A stretch of DNA of 54,327 nucleotides, counting the filler, from a bacterium (lineage in GTDB: Bacteria > JBBIVP01): assembly GCA_037439705.1 (NCBI GenBank). It is 21 parts of 21 records of this genome, joined end to end, with 100 filler letters (N's around TTAATTAATTAA, not from the genome) between each part and the next. Parts side by side here need not be neighbours in the genome. Positions count along the whole stretch, not along the records: positions 30,261 to 32,743 come from JBBIVP010000228.1; positions 32,844 to 35,290 come from JBBIVP010000229.1; positions 35,391 to 37,786 come from JBBIVP010000231.1; positions 37,887 to 40,273 come from JBBIVP010000232.1; positions 40,374 to 42,723 come from JBBIVP010000233.1; 16 more parts are not named here. One strand, written 5' to 3'. A model generated the notes under the pieces. The model saw nothing but the letters and a program-made list of their open reading frames with translations. It searched no databases and was not told the DNA's origin. Position numbers and translations under genes: made by a program. How positions within the stretch are numbered: position 1 is the stretch's first letter; the number at the start of each line of letters is the position of its first letter. Positions 32,447 through 41,412 of the stretch are shown piece after piece.

Positions 32447-32743
32447 ATGGCTACAGGAATAAGAGATAAGGTTGCAATAATAGGTATGGGGTGCACAAAA
32501 TTTGGAGAGAGATGGGATGTGGGAGCGGAGGACCTGATCGTTGAGGCATTTGAGGAATGTATAAATTCCGCTGGAATAAATCCTGCTGAGATTCAGGCTG
32601 CATGGTTTGCCACCTGTTTTGATGAGATTCATGTTGGGAAATCTGCATTACCCCTTGCTCTCATTCTTCATCTTCCTTACATTCCTGTGACAAGGGTTGA
32701 GAATTTCTGTGCCAGTGGAACAGAGGCATTTAGAGGTGCTGTT
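32447..32743 (+). CDS. SCP2/PhlC-type thiolase (3' truncated)
   Basis: VAIIGMGCTKFGE, RVENFCASG. Confidence 0.88.
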
Positions 32744-32843
32744 NNNNNNNNNNNNNNNNNNNNNNNNNNNNNNNNNNNNNNNNNNNNTTAATTAATTAAN
32801 NNNNNNNNNNNNNNNNNNNNNNNNNNNNNNNNNNNNNNNNNNN

Positions 32844-34348
32844 CCATACTTCAATCTTGCAGCATCCTCAAATCTGCCCTCCCTCTCAGCCTTTTCGTAA
32901 GCAAATTTTGCATTTTCAATTTCCTTCTTTATAGCCCCTATTTCCTCTATGATTTTCTTCTCGTATTCCCATTGCCTTATGGACTCCTCTTCTTTTTTCT
33001 TGAGTTTTTCAATTTCTTCATTTATATGCTCAAGCCTTTCTTTTGCCGCCTCATCGGTTTCTTTGCTAAGTGCCTCTCTTTCCACCTCAAGTTGAATCCT
33101 TTTCCTCCTGATTTCATCTATTTCTGTTGGAAGGCTTTCAACCTCCATCTTCAATCTTGATGCTGCTTCATCAATGAGGTCTATTGCCTTATCCGGTAGA
33201 AATCTGTCCTGTATGAACCTGTGAGAAAGGGTTGCAGCAGCAACAATTGCGGAATCCGTTACCTTTACCCCGTGATGGATTTCGTATTTTTCCTTTAATC
33301 CCCTCAGAATTGAAATTGTCTCTTCTACAGATGGTTCCCTTACATATACGGGCTGGAATCTCCTTTCTAACGCTGCATCCTTCTCTATATATTTTCTGTA
33401 CTCATCGTAGGTGGTTGCTCCTATGCAATGAAGTTCTCCCTTGGCGAGTGCAGGCTTTAACAGGTTTGACGCATCTATCGCACCCTCCGCTTTTCCAGCT
33501 CCAACAATGGTATGAAGTTCATCTATAAAAAGGATAATTTCACCTTCTCTTGCCGAGATTTCCTTTAATACTGCTTTCAATCTGTCTTCAAATTCTCCAC
33601 GGTATTTTGTTCCCGCAATGAGTGCTCCCATATCAAGTGCAATAACCCTTTTATTTTTTAGCCCATCAGGAACATCGTTTTTCACAATCCTCTGCGCAAG
33701 ACCCTCAACAATTGCAGTTTTTCCAACACCGGGCTCTCCTATGAGAACGGGATTGTTCTTGGTCCTTCTCATCAGAACTTGCATAACCCTTCTTATCTCC
33801 TCATCCCTTCCTATTACAGGGTCAAGCTTATCCCTCCTTGCAAGTTCTGTAAGGTCTTTTCCATATTTTTCCAATGCCTGATATTTTTCCTCGGGGAACT
33901 GGTCTGTTACCTTCTGAGCTCCTCGTATATCCTTTATAATGTTTTCCAGAACGCTCTCATTTAATCCTTTTGATGAAAAAATCCGTGCCGACTTTCCTCC
34001 TTCCCTTATTATTGAAAGGAGTAAATGCTCAACGCTTATGTAATCATCTCCATATTTTCTCGCAATATCCCATGAATCTTTGATTACCTGATTCAATCTC
34101 TGGGTCATATAGGTGGCATCCACACCGCTTACCTTTGGCAGAATTTCTATCTCCGACTCCAGCAACCTTTTTATTTCTTCAACCCTTATTCCTGCTTTTT
34201 TAAGGATTTCAATAATGATATCGCTTACATCTATCAGAGCAAGGGAAAGATGTTCCACATCCACAAATTGATGACTTTTCTCCCGTGCTATCTCTTCCGC
34301 CTTTTGGAGAGCCTCAATGCTTTTATATGTAAATTTTTCAGCCTTCAT
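32844..34348 (-). CDS. clpB: ClpB disaggregase (3' truncated)
   Basis: Clp N domain, [24 protein letters not shown], coiled-coil M domain. Confidence 0.95.
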
Positions 34349-34407
34349 ACTAAAAAATTAAGCATAATCCCTCCGAAAATCAAGTTCAATTTTGGGAGAG
34401 AATGCTA

Positions 34408-34562
34408 TAGCATCGTTTTGGTATAAGGTCCTGCCTTTTGACTTTTTAAACCTTTAGATCCTCTCCCCTCAAAGCCTTTTCTATCCCTAAAAACGCCACC
34501 TTTTCATCCAATTTTATCACCTTCAACTCAAATTTTCCCTGCTTCCCCCTCGTAACGATGTA
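34408..34562 (-). mobile_element. Putative MITE, divergent copy C
   Basis: Minus strand shares TTTGAGTT...TAAAATTGGATGAAAAGG with the other copies; ends TACATCGTTAC and AACGATGCTA. Confidence 0.6.
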
Positions 34563-34626
34563 TATATGTGTCTACAATTTTCTTGCAATGAAGATAATAA
34601 TTTAATATACTCTAAAAAAGAAGAAA

Positions 34627-35088
34627 ATGAGAAGGATTGCATTTACAATTGTTGTAGCGATTTCTATTAGCACGGGGTGTAAAAAGGGAGGAGAAGAGAA
34701 AGGAACTGAAACCAAAATATCAAAAAAAGAAACAAAGGTTGTAGTTCCAGGAGAAGTCAAAAAGCAGTGGAAATCGGTCATAATACTGTTGATAAACAAA
34801 GAAAATAATAAAAAAACGGAATATGAAATTGAAATCGGAAAGTCAATGGAGCTCGGAGATTCCGGGCTTAATGTTGAAGTAGTTTATTTCCTGCCGGACT
34901 TCAAAATGGAACAGGACAAGATTACATCTGCATCCAATGAACTTAAAAATCCAGCAGTCCATATAATCGTAAATGAAAATGGCAAAAATCCGGTCAAACT
35001 CTGGCTATTTTACAACTATCCAGATGTGCATGCCTTTATCCATCCGAAATATCAACTTACACTTATTGGCTTTCAAAAAAAGGAATAG
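34627..35088 (+). CDS. Lipoprotein, DUF2155-like
   Basis: Lipobox STGC; VVVP.EV...W, FLPDF.M, TS.SNE..NPA, WLF..YP.VHAF.HP. Confidence 0.6.
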   Translation: MRRIAFTIVVAISISTGCKKGGEEKGTETKISKKETKVVVPGEVKKQWKSVIILLINKENNKKTEYEIEIGKSMELGDSGLNVEVVYFLPDFKMEQDKITSASNELKNPAVHIIVNENGKNPVKLWLFYNYPDVHAFIHPKYQLTLIGFQKKE

Positions 35089-35262
35089 ACTTTAAAGTAA
35101 ATCACCAGATTAAAAAGAAATAAAGGTAAATGGATCAAAAATTCTGGAAATTTTCATCATTTCTTATCATGATTTTTTAATAACTTAATCTGAAAAAAAA
35201 TCCCTGCCAGAGTAAGGGTAACAAGTATGATATGCTTGACAATCAGTGCATTCACCTGCCCC

Positions 35263-35279
35263 CTGCCTGCAGCAGGCAG
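35263..35279. repeat. GC-rich palindrome (REP-like)
   Basis: CTGCCTGC-A-GCAGGCAG near a contig end. Confidence 0.5.
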
Positions 35280-35390
35280 CCATTCGTATTNNNNNNNNNN
35301 NNNNNNNNNNNNNNNNNNNNNNNNNNNNNNNNNNTTAATTAATTAANNNNNNNNNNNNNNNNNNNNNNNNNNNNNNNNNNNNNNNNNNNN

Positions 35391-35445
35391 TCAATTATTT
35401 TGAGGAAATAATCCCTTTTCATAGAGATTATTTTTGAGGAACGCC
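35391..35445. mobile_element. Repeated 55-bp IS-like terminus, copy 1
   Basis: 53/55 identical to 45258-45312; two internal ATTATTTT(T)GAGGAA boxes; at contig start. Confidence 0.65.
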
Positions 35446-35451
35446 AAAAAT

Positions 35452-35480
35452 TTGACAAAATTCAAATTGGATGATAAAAT
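35452..35480 (+). promoter_or_regulatory. Sigma70 promoter of tatA, leaderless geometry
   Basis: TTGACA-17-TAAAAT with extended TG; ATG 6 nt downstream. Confidence 0.75.
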
Positions 35481-35486
35481 AGTTTT

Positions 35487-35690
35487 ATGTTTGGAATAGG
35501 AACGCAGGAACTTATAGTTATCTTTCTTGTAGCCCTCATATTTCTCGGTCCAAAGAAAATTCCTGAAATAGCAAAATCTCTCGGAAAGGCTTTGAGGGAA
35601 TTCAGAAATGCGAGCTCAGATTTGAAAGAAGAGATTGAAAAGGAGATTGAAGAAACAAAAGAAGAGATTGATAAAGAACTGAAGGGCTGA
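35487..35690 (+). CDS. tatA: Twin-arginine translocase TatA/TatB-type subunit
   Basis: MFGIG..EL...LIFLGPKKIPE.AKSLGKALREFR. Confidence 0.85.
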   Translation: MFGIGTQELIVIFLVALIFLGPKKIPEIAKSLGKALREFRNASSDLKEEIEKEIEETKEEIDKELKG

Positions 35691-36341
35691 TTGAGGATTA
35701 CTCCAGAAATTTTAACCGGGATGAAGAAACCGGAAGGGGAGGAGGTGGATGAAGTATTTCTTGAAAGTGAAACTGCGGTTTTTTTTGAAAAAATGAAGGA
35801 ATCAGCACTTAGGGACGGAATTGAAATAAGGGCGGTATCAGGATTCAGAAGTTTTGAAAGGCAGAGAGAAATATGGAATAAAAAAGTGGACGAATTAATT
35901 GGAAAGGTTGAGGAGAAGGAGGTGGTTAAAGAAATATTGAGGTGGACTGCCTTTCCGGGAACATCAAGGCACGGATGGGGAACAGATGTGGATATAACCG
36001 GAAAAGAAAAAATTTTAAATCCTCTTCAAAATGAAAATTACAGGGAAGGTGGGATATATCATAATGTTTATCTCTGGCTCAAGGAAAATGCTGAAAAATT
36101 TGGGTTTTATCAGGTATACATAGAGGATTCAGAAGAAAGAGGAATTGAAGAATGGCACTGGAGTTATGCTACAAAATCCATTGAATTCTTGAAATTTTTT
36201 CTGGAAGAAATAAAGCCTGATTTTCTAAAGGGCCGAGGAATAAAATTAGGAGATTATGTGCTCAATTCCTTTAATGATTATGTTAAAAACTACATGCTCA
36301 GAATAAATCCTCATCTTTATCCAATTCCTTCAACAAGGTAA
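35691..36341 (+). CDS. M15 (VanY-like) D,D-carboxypeptidase
   Basis: SGFRS..RQ, PGTSRHGWG..VD, EEWHW. Confidence 0.88.
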   Translation: MRITPEILTGMKKPEGEEVDEVFLESETAVFFEKMKESALRDGIEIRAVSGFRSFERQREIWNKKVDELIGKVEEKEVVKEILRWTAFPGTSRHGWGTDVDITGKEKILNPLQNENYREGGIYHNVYLWLKENAEKFGFYQVYIEDSEERGIEEWHWSYATKSIEFLKFFLEEIKPDFLKGRGIKLGDYVLNSFNDYVKNYMLRINPHLYPIPSTR

Positions 36342-37108
36342 ATTTCGCATCCTTTCAATTCCTTCTTTTTTTTCAACGATTCCGCAAAAGACGATGCCCC
36401 ATCTTTTGTCAGAAAAAGTGAAAATAGGGATGAACCGCTTCCTGATATGCTTGAAATCACAGGATTCCCTTCCTCGTAAAGAAATTTTTTTAATGCTTTA
36501 AGTTCTGGTTTCAATCTGATTGCTGGTTTTTCAAGGTCATTTAGATATCCCGTTTCAGGATTACGGTCAAATTCTTCATAAACCTCTTTGCTTGAAAGCC
36601 CGAACGGAGGTTTTAAAATAACATACCACCTCTTGAAATCCATTTTCACAGGATAAACTTTTTCCCCTCTACCCGAGATAAAACATGGACCATCTATTAA
36701 AAAAAGCGGAACATCCGAGCCTATCTCTGAAGCCAGTTCCATAAGTTCTTTATCGCCCAGTCTTTTTTCAGAAATTGAATTCAGGATTTTAATAACACAG
36801 GCAGCATCACTTGAACCACCTCCCAGACCACCTGAAATTGGTATTTTTTTACTGACAGTGATGCAGAATTTTTTTTCTATGCCCGTTCTTTCCCTGAAAA
36901 GCCTGAGCGCCTTTGTAACCGTATTTTCCTCACCATATACTGAAGGAATTGTGACTATATCTTCTTCTGCTTCTTCCACTGTAATGATGTCATAGAGTGC
37001 AATTTTGTCAACAAGAGAGAATATTTCATGGTATCCGTCTTCCCTTTTTTTTAAAACTTTCAAAAAGAGATTTATCTTTGCTGGAGTTTTTTTAGCTACA
37101 AATGTCAG
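36317..37108 (-). CDS. ispE: 4-diphosphocytidyl-2-C-methyl-D-erythritol kinase; apparent CTG start
   Basis: PAKINLFL upstream of the TTG at 37063, REDGYHE, GGLGGGSSDAA, IGSDVP, SGSGS. Confidence 0.92.
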   Translation of the reverse strand: MTFVAKKTPAKINLFLKVLKKREDGYHEIFSLVDKIALYDIITVEEAEEDIVTIPSVYGEENTVTKALRLFRERTGIEKKFCITVSKKIPISGGLGGGSSDAACVIKILNSISEKRLGDKELMELASEIGSDVPLFLIDGPCFISGRGEKVYPVKMDFKRWYVILKPPFGLSSKEVYEEFDRNPETGYLNDLEKPAIRLKPELKALKKFLYEEGNPVISSISGSGSSLFSLFLTKDGASSFAESLKKKKELKGCEIYLVEGIG

Positions 37109-37786
37109 GTCTTTTTTTCTCCCTTATTTTTTAACTTTTTCAGTTCTTCTTTTATAAGTCTTTCAGCGAGGTCGGGAACAACTTCCCAGACCACTTTCTC
37201 CACAATTTCTTTTATTAAATTTCTTGCTTCCTTTTCTATAAATTCATAGATTTCCGGAGCAAGCTTCGCTTCTTCCACTTTCTCTTCTATTTTTGCTTCT
37301 TCTTCCGGTGTTACTTCTTCAAATTCCACGGGAGCGGTTTCAATTTTTTCTTCGGCTTCAATTTCTTCAGCTTCTTCAAAAACTTCTTCTGCTTCAGGTT
37401 CAATTTCTTCAGTTTCTTTGATAACTGCTCCTTCCGTCTCCATTTCTTCAGCAGGCATTTCTTCAACAACTTCTTCTGAAACCTCTTCCATTTCTTCAGG
37501 AGAAATCTCTTCTATAACCTCTTCTTCAGCAGATTCAGTTATCTCCATTTCTTCAGTTGGAACCTCTTCTGCCTCAAATTCCTCTTCTTCAGCGATTTCC
37601 TCTGTTTCAATTTTCTCCTCTGCGGATTCCACTATTTCCATTTCTTCTGTCTCAATTTCTTCCTCTTCCGCGGGTTCCATTATTTCCATTTCCTCTGCTA
37701 CTTCCTCTTCGGTAATTTCTTCTGTTTCTAATATTTCTTCTTTTTCTTCCTCTAATTCTACCTCTTCAGGCGCTATTTCCTCTGGT
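37105..37786 (-). CDS. RomR-like protein C-terminus with Glu-rich linker (5' truncated)
   Basis: Acidic low-complexity region followed by IVEKVVWEVVPDLAERLIKEEL. Confidence 0.7.
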
Positions 37787-37886
37787 NNNNNNNNNNNNNN
37801 NNNNNNNNNNNNNNNNNNNNNNNNNNNNNNTTAATTAATTAANNNNNNNNNNNNNNNNNNNNNNNNNNNNNNNNNNNNNNNNNNNN

Positions 37887-38909
37887 GAGATGGAGGTGGG
37901 ATGGATCATAATGGAAATTGCCAGGTCTGAAATAGGTTATACAGGGCATTCACCGTTTATGTATTCGTTACTCGTTATAGCCTCCGCTTTAAGAGAAAAC
38001 TTCAGAGGACCTGTTTTCATTCAGGGTGACCATTTTCAGCTAAACAGGAAGGAATTCTTTGAAAATCCCGGGAAAGAAATTGGTAAATTGAAATCTCTTA
38101 TCCTTTCAGCAATTGAGGCAGATTTTTACAACATAGATATCGATGCCTCAACACTCGTTTCAATTGATGAAAAGGAACCATTAAAGGAACAGGAAAAAAA
38201 TGGAGTTGTAACTGCTGAACTCACAGAATTCATAAGGAAAAACCAGCCTGAAAAAATAACTATAAACATAGGTGGTGAAATAGGAGAAATAGGAAAAAGA
38301 AACAGCACGCCCGAAGACTTGATTGCTTTTATGAGCATATATCTTGACGAAATAAAAAAACGGGGAATAAAAGAGGGACTAACAAAGATAAGCATCCAGA
38401 CAGGAACAAAACACGGAGGATTTGTACTGCCTGATGGAACTCCTGCAAAAATAGATGTGGATTTTGAAACGATTGAAAATCTTAAAAAACTCTCAAGGGA
38501 GAAATATGGACTCGGCGGAGTTGTTCAACATGGAGCGTCAACGCTTCCAAAGGAACTCTTTAAAAAGTTTCCTGAGGTCGGTACGCTTGAAATCCATCTC
38601 GCAACTGAATTTCAGAACATTCTTTTCAGTTCTCCTTCCATACCTCATGAATTAAAAAGGGAGATGCTTGAATACATAATCAAAAAATTTGGCATGGAAA
38701 AAAAGAAAGATGAAACGGATGAGCAGTTTTTTTACAGGATGAGGAAATTCTGCGCTGAGGAATTTAACAAAAAGCTATGGGAATTAACTGATGAAAATAA
38801 AGAAGGATATATGAAAGAGATAGAAGAATATGTGGAGTTCATTTTTACTTCTCTCGGGGTGAAAGGGACAATTCGTGAGAGTAGGCAACTTCCGCCCCCC
38901 AGAGCATAA
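37887..38909 (+). CDS. Class II fructose-bisphosphate aldolase family protein (5' truncated)
   Basis: EIARSEIGYT, IQGDH, DIDAS, GEIGE, GTKHG, VQHGAS. Confidence 0.85.
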   Translation, partial: EMEVGWIIMEIARSEIGYTGHSPFMYSLLVIASALRENFRGPVFIQGDHFQLNRKEFFENPGKEIGKLKSLILSAIEADFYNIDIDASTLVSIDEKEPLKEQEKNGVVTAELTEFIRKNQPEKITINIGGEIGEIGKRNSTPEDLIAFMSIYLDEIKKRGIKEGLTKISIQTGTKHGGFVLPDGTPAKIDVDFETIENLKKLSREKYGLGGVVQHGASTLPKELFKKFPEVGTLEIHLATEFQNILFSSPSIPHELKREMLEYIIKKFGMEKKKDETDEQFFYRMRKFCAEEFNKKLWELTDENKEGYMKEIEEYVEFIFTSLGVKGTIRESRQLPPPRA

Positions 38910-39675
38910 CAGAAACGGAAAAATACACCCATAAAACAGCAATAATTAATGTGCTGATTGAGCCATAAATCAAACTTATCTTTGTAATGGCAGACATGTA
39001 CCAGATAAAGATATGCCTTCCTATCTCCCATACCAGAACAGCGGAAAGTCCGCCGTATATAACTGACCTCTTCGGAACGCTTTTTGACGGAAGAAAATAG
39101 TAGATAAAACAGCAGAAAAGAAAGTAGAAAAAAGGTGGAAAAATATATTTGCTGAATATACCGGTCTGGGGAATGGTGATGTTTGCTTTTGAGGTGGCAA
39201 TACGAACAAGTATCAGATAAATCGCCTTACTTATGACCATTCCGAGAATTATCAGGCATACAACAAATACACTGCCGATGGCTGTCAGATGTCTTTTGAA
39301 GGTTTTTATTTCGCCTTTCTTAAATATCAGGTCAAGAGCCTTTGAGGTTGAAGAAAAAACGAGGGTAGAAGCCCACAGTGTAATTATAAATCCAACAATT
39401 CCAAGGGCATGAATGGAGATTGACGGGTTTTCAAGATTTGTTACAACCTCATAAGGAACCTTTGGAAAAAGCCTTGTAGCAAAATCAGCAAGAGAGGAAA
39501 TAATAAAAGAGTGGGCTCCATATATTCTCGCTGTAAACATGGTGCTTAGAAGTAGAAGTGGAACCACAGAAAGGACTGCGAAATAGGAAAGAGCAGCTGC
39601 TGTATAAAGACAATCATCACTGTAAAAATTCTTGAGGGCATCCAGAAAAACCTTTATCACCTTTGGTCTTACCAT
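38845..39675 (-). CDS. YihY/BrkB family membrane protein
   Basis: AAALSYF..LS..P, IYGSI....I..LWVY....V.LWGAE. Confidence 0.88.
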   Translation of the reverse strand: MVRPKVIKVFLDALKNFYSDDCLYTAAALSYFAVLSVVPLLLLSTMFTARIYGAHSFIISSLADFATRLFPKVPYEVVTNLENPSISIHALGIVGFIITLWASTLVFSSTSKALDLIFKKGEIKTFKRHLTAIGSVFVVCLIILGMVISKAIYLILVRIATSKANITIPQTGIFSKYIFPPFFYFLFCCFIYYFLPSKSVPKRSVIYGGLSAVLVWEIGRHIFIWYMSAITKISLIYGSISTLIIAVLWVYFSVSVMLWGAEVAYSHELSLSPREK

Positions 39676-39787
39676 ATAAAAAATTTTATATTTAAAAGAT
39701 TAAACTTTCAAATGATATTTACCAACTTCCTTTTTTTGTAGAAGAGCATAGACATTGTAACCAAGGGAAAGGGAGAACGCCGCTGGG

Positions 39788-39817
39788 TTGACAATTCTTT
39801 TTATGAAGGTATAAAAT
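39788..39817 (+). promoter_or_regulatory. Sigma70 promoter of the tRNA
   Basis: TTGACA at 39788, TATAAAAT at 39810-39817, tRNA starts at 39832. Confidence 0.65.
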
Positions 39818-39831
39818 AAAAGCAGAAAGTT

Positions 39832-39905
39832 GCGCCCATAGCTCAGCTGGATAGAGCATCGGACTACGAATCCGGGGGTCGGGGGTTCAAATCCCCCTGG
39901 GCGCT
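39832..39905 (+). tRNA. tRNA-Arg(ACG), CCA not encoded
   Basis: Acceptor GCGCCCA/TGGGCGC, D arm GCTC/GAGC, anticodon loop CTACGAA, T arm GGGGG-TTCAAAT-CCCCC. Confidence 0.96.
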
Positions 39906-40273
39906 ATACCTATCGCATTCATCCCCATTATAGCCAACACCTTCTTATCTTATGGCAAACAAACCCTATGACGGGGATTTGGCGCTTATCCGATGTTCAC
40001 TCCAGCACCCTTCATAACCACGAATAGCTCAACCACTTTCAAAACCTCATCAACTTCTAGCTTCCAAATCCCCCTGGGCGCTATACCTATCGCATTAACC
40101 CCCATTATAGCCAACACCTTCTTATCTTATGGCAAACAAACCCTATGACGGGGATTTGGCGCTTATCCGATGTTCACTCCAGCACCCTTCATAACCACGA
40201 ATAGCTCAACCACTTTCAAAACCTCATCAACTTCTAGCTTCCAAATCCCCCTGGGCGCTATACCTATCGCATT
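39888..40273 (+). repeat. 177-bp tandem repeat, at least 2.2 units, each beginning with the tRNA 3' end
   Basis: Units start at 39888, 40065 and 40242 with CAAATCCCCCTGGGCGCT; units 1 and 2 differ at about 2 positions; contig ends inside unit 3. Confidence 0.95.
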
Positions 40274-40373
40274 NNNNNNNNNNNNNNNNNNNNNNNNNNN
40301 NNNNNNNNNNNNNNNNNTTAATTAATTAANNNNNNNNNNNNNNNNNNNNNNNNNNNNNNNNNNNNNNNNNNNN

Positions 40374-41412
40374 GATATTTAAAGAAGTAATATGCCTCAA
40401 GAAGGATTATTTTCAGAAGAATAGCAATCGGAATGCAGAGTATCATTCCAATTATTCCCCCAATTTCTTCACCTATAAATAGAACAATGAGGACTGTTAA
40501 AGGGTGGAGGTCTGATATCTTTGCAAGAAGGGTAGGGGTCAGAATAATTTCATCCACTATTATCTGGGCAACCACAAAATATACAAAAATTACATACNNN
40601 NNNNNNNNNNNNNNNNNNNNNNNNNNNNNNNNGGGAATGCCACCTATTATAGAACCTATGTATGGAATTATGTTCATAAAACCCGCAATGAGAGCCTGAA
40701 TGATAAGATATGGAGGCTTTAGAGGTAATAAAAACAATATGATCACAGCAGTAAGAATAAGTGATTCAAGGATTTTTCCCCTTATGTATCTTCCCCATTG
40801 AAGATTAATTCTGTGAAGGAGATGGAGGGTTATTTCAAAGAACCTGTTTGGGACAAACTCAAGAATTGTATCAAAGAGTCTCCTTTTTTCTCTTAAGAAA
40901 AAATAGGTCATAAACGGAACGAGGATGATGATATAAGAAACCTGATTTATTATGGATGGGAGTTTTTCAAAAAGGGATTTTCGCATCTCTTCAATTTCAG
41001 AAGATACTTTCTCAAAAAGAACCTTTTTTGGAATGAATTTTTCAAAGGGAGCAATAGTTTTTTCCAATCCGGATTCTATTACTTTTTGTAAGGATGTTTT
41101 TTCAGAGAAAAATAAAGCCCCTTTTTTGGTAATTTTTGGGAGGGTAAGAGCGAAAATAAGGATGATGAAAACCATTGAGGAGAGGAAAATGATGTTTACT
41201 GCCTTGCTTCTTTCTGTTCCCTTTCTCTCCAGCCATATTATAACAGGGTCGCAGAGATAAAAGAGCATCAATGCTATCAAAAGGGAAATTCCTGCTACCT
41301 TTATAAATGGTAAAAAGAGGAATTTGAAAAAAATATAAATAAATATAACAATTATAAGGCTTAAAATGATTCCGAGAGTGAGTTCTACTGCAATTCTTCT
41401 ATTTGGCTCCAC
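40374..41412 (-). CDS. AI-2E family transporter (3' truncated)
   Basis: Y...P....LE, YIRG, NIIPYIG, LHPL.VL; internal N gap. Confidence 0.85.

Noticed and set aside
30971-32743. Mevalonate pathway replacing the broken dxr
   Set aside because: The HMGS-like domain lacks the catalytic Cys and no other mevalonate genes are visible; the contigs are unlinked
37418-37834. Ser-rich ORF and the many other short antisense ORFs in the track
   Set aside because: Shadows of real genes on the opposite strand
39888-40273. Tandem repeat as a CRISPR array
   Set aside because: The sequence between the short motifs is the same in each unit, the period is 177 bp, and no cas genes are visible
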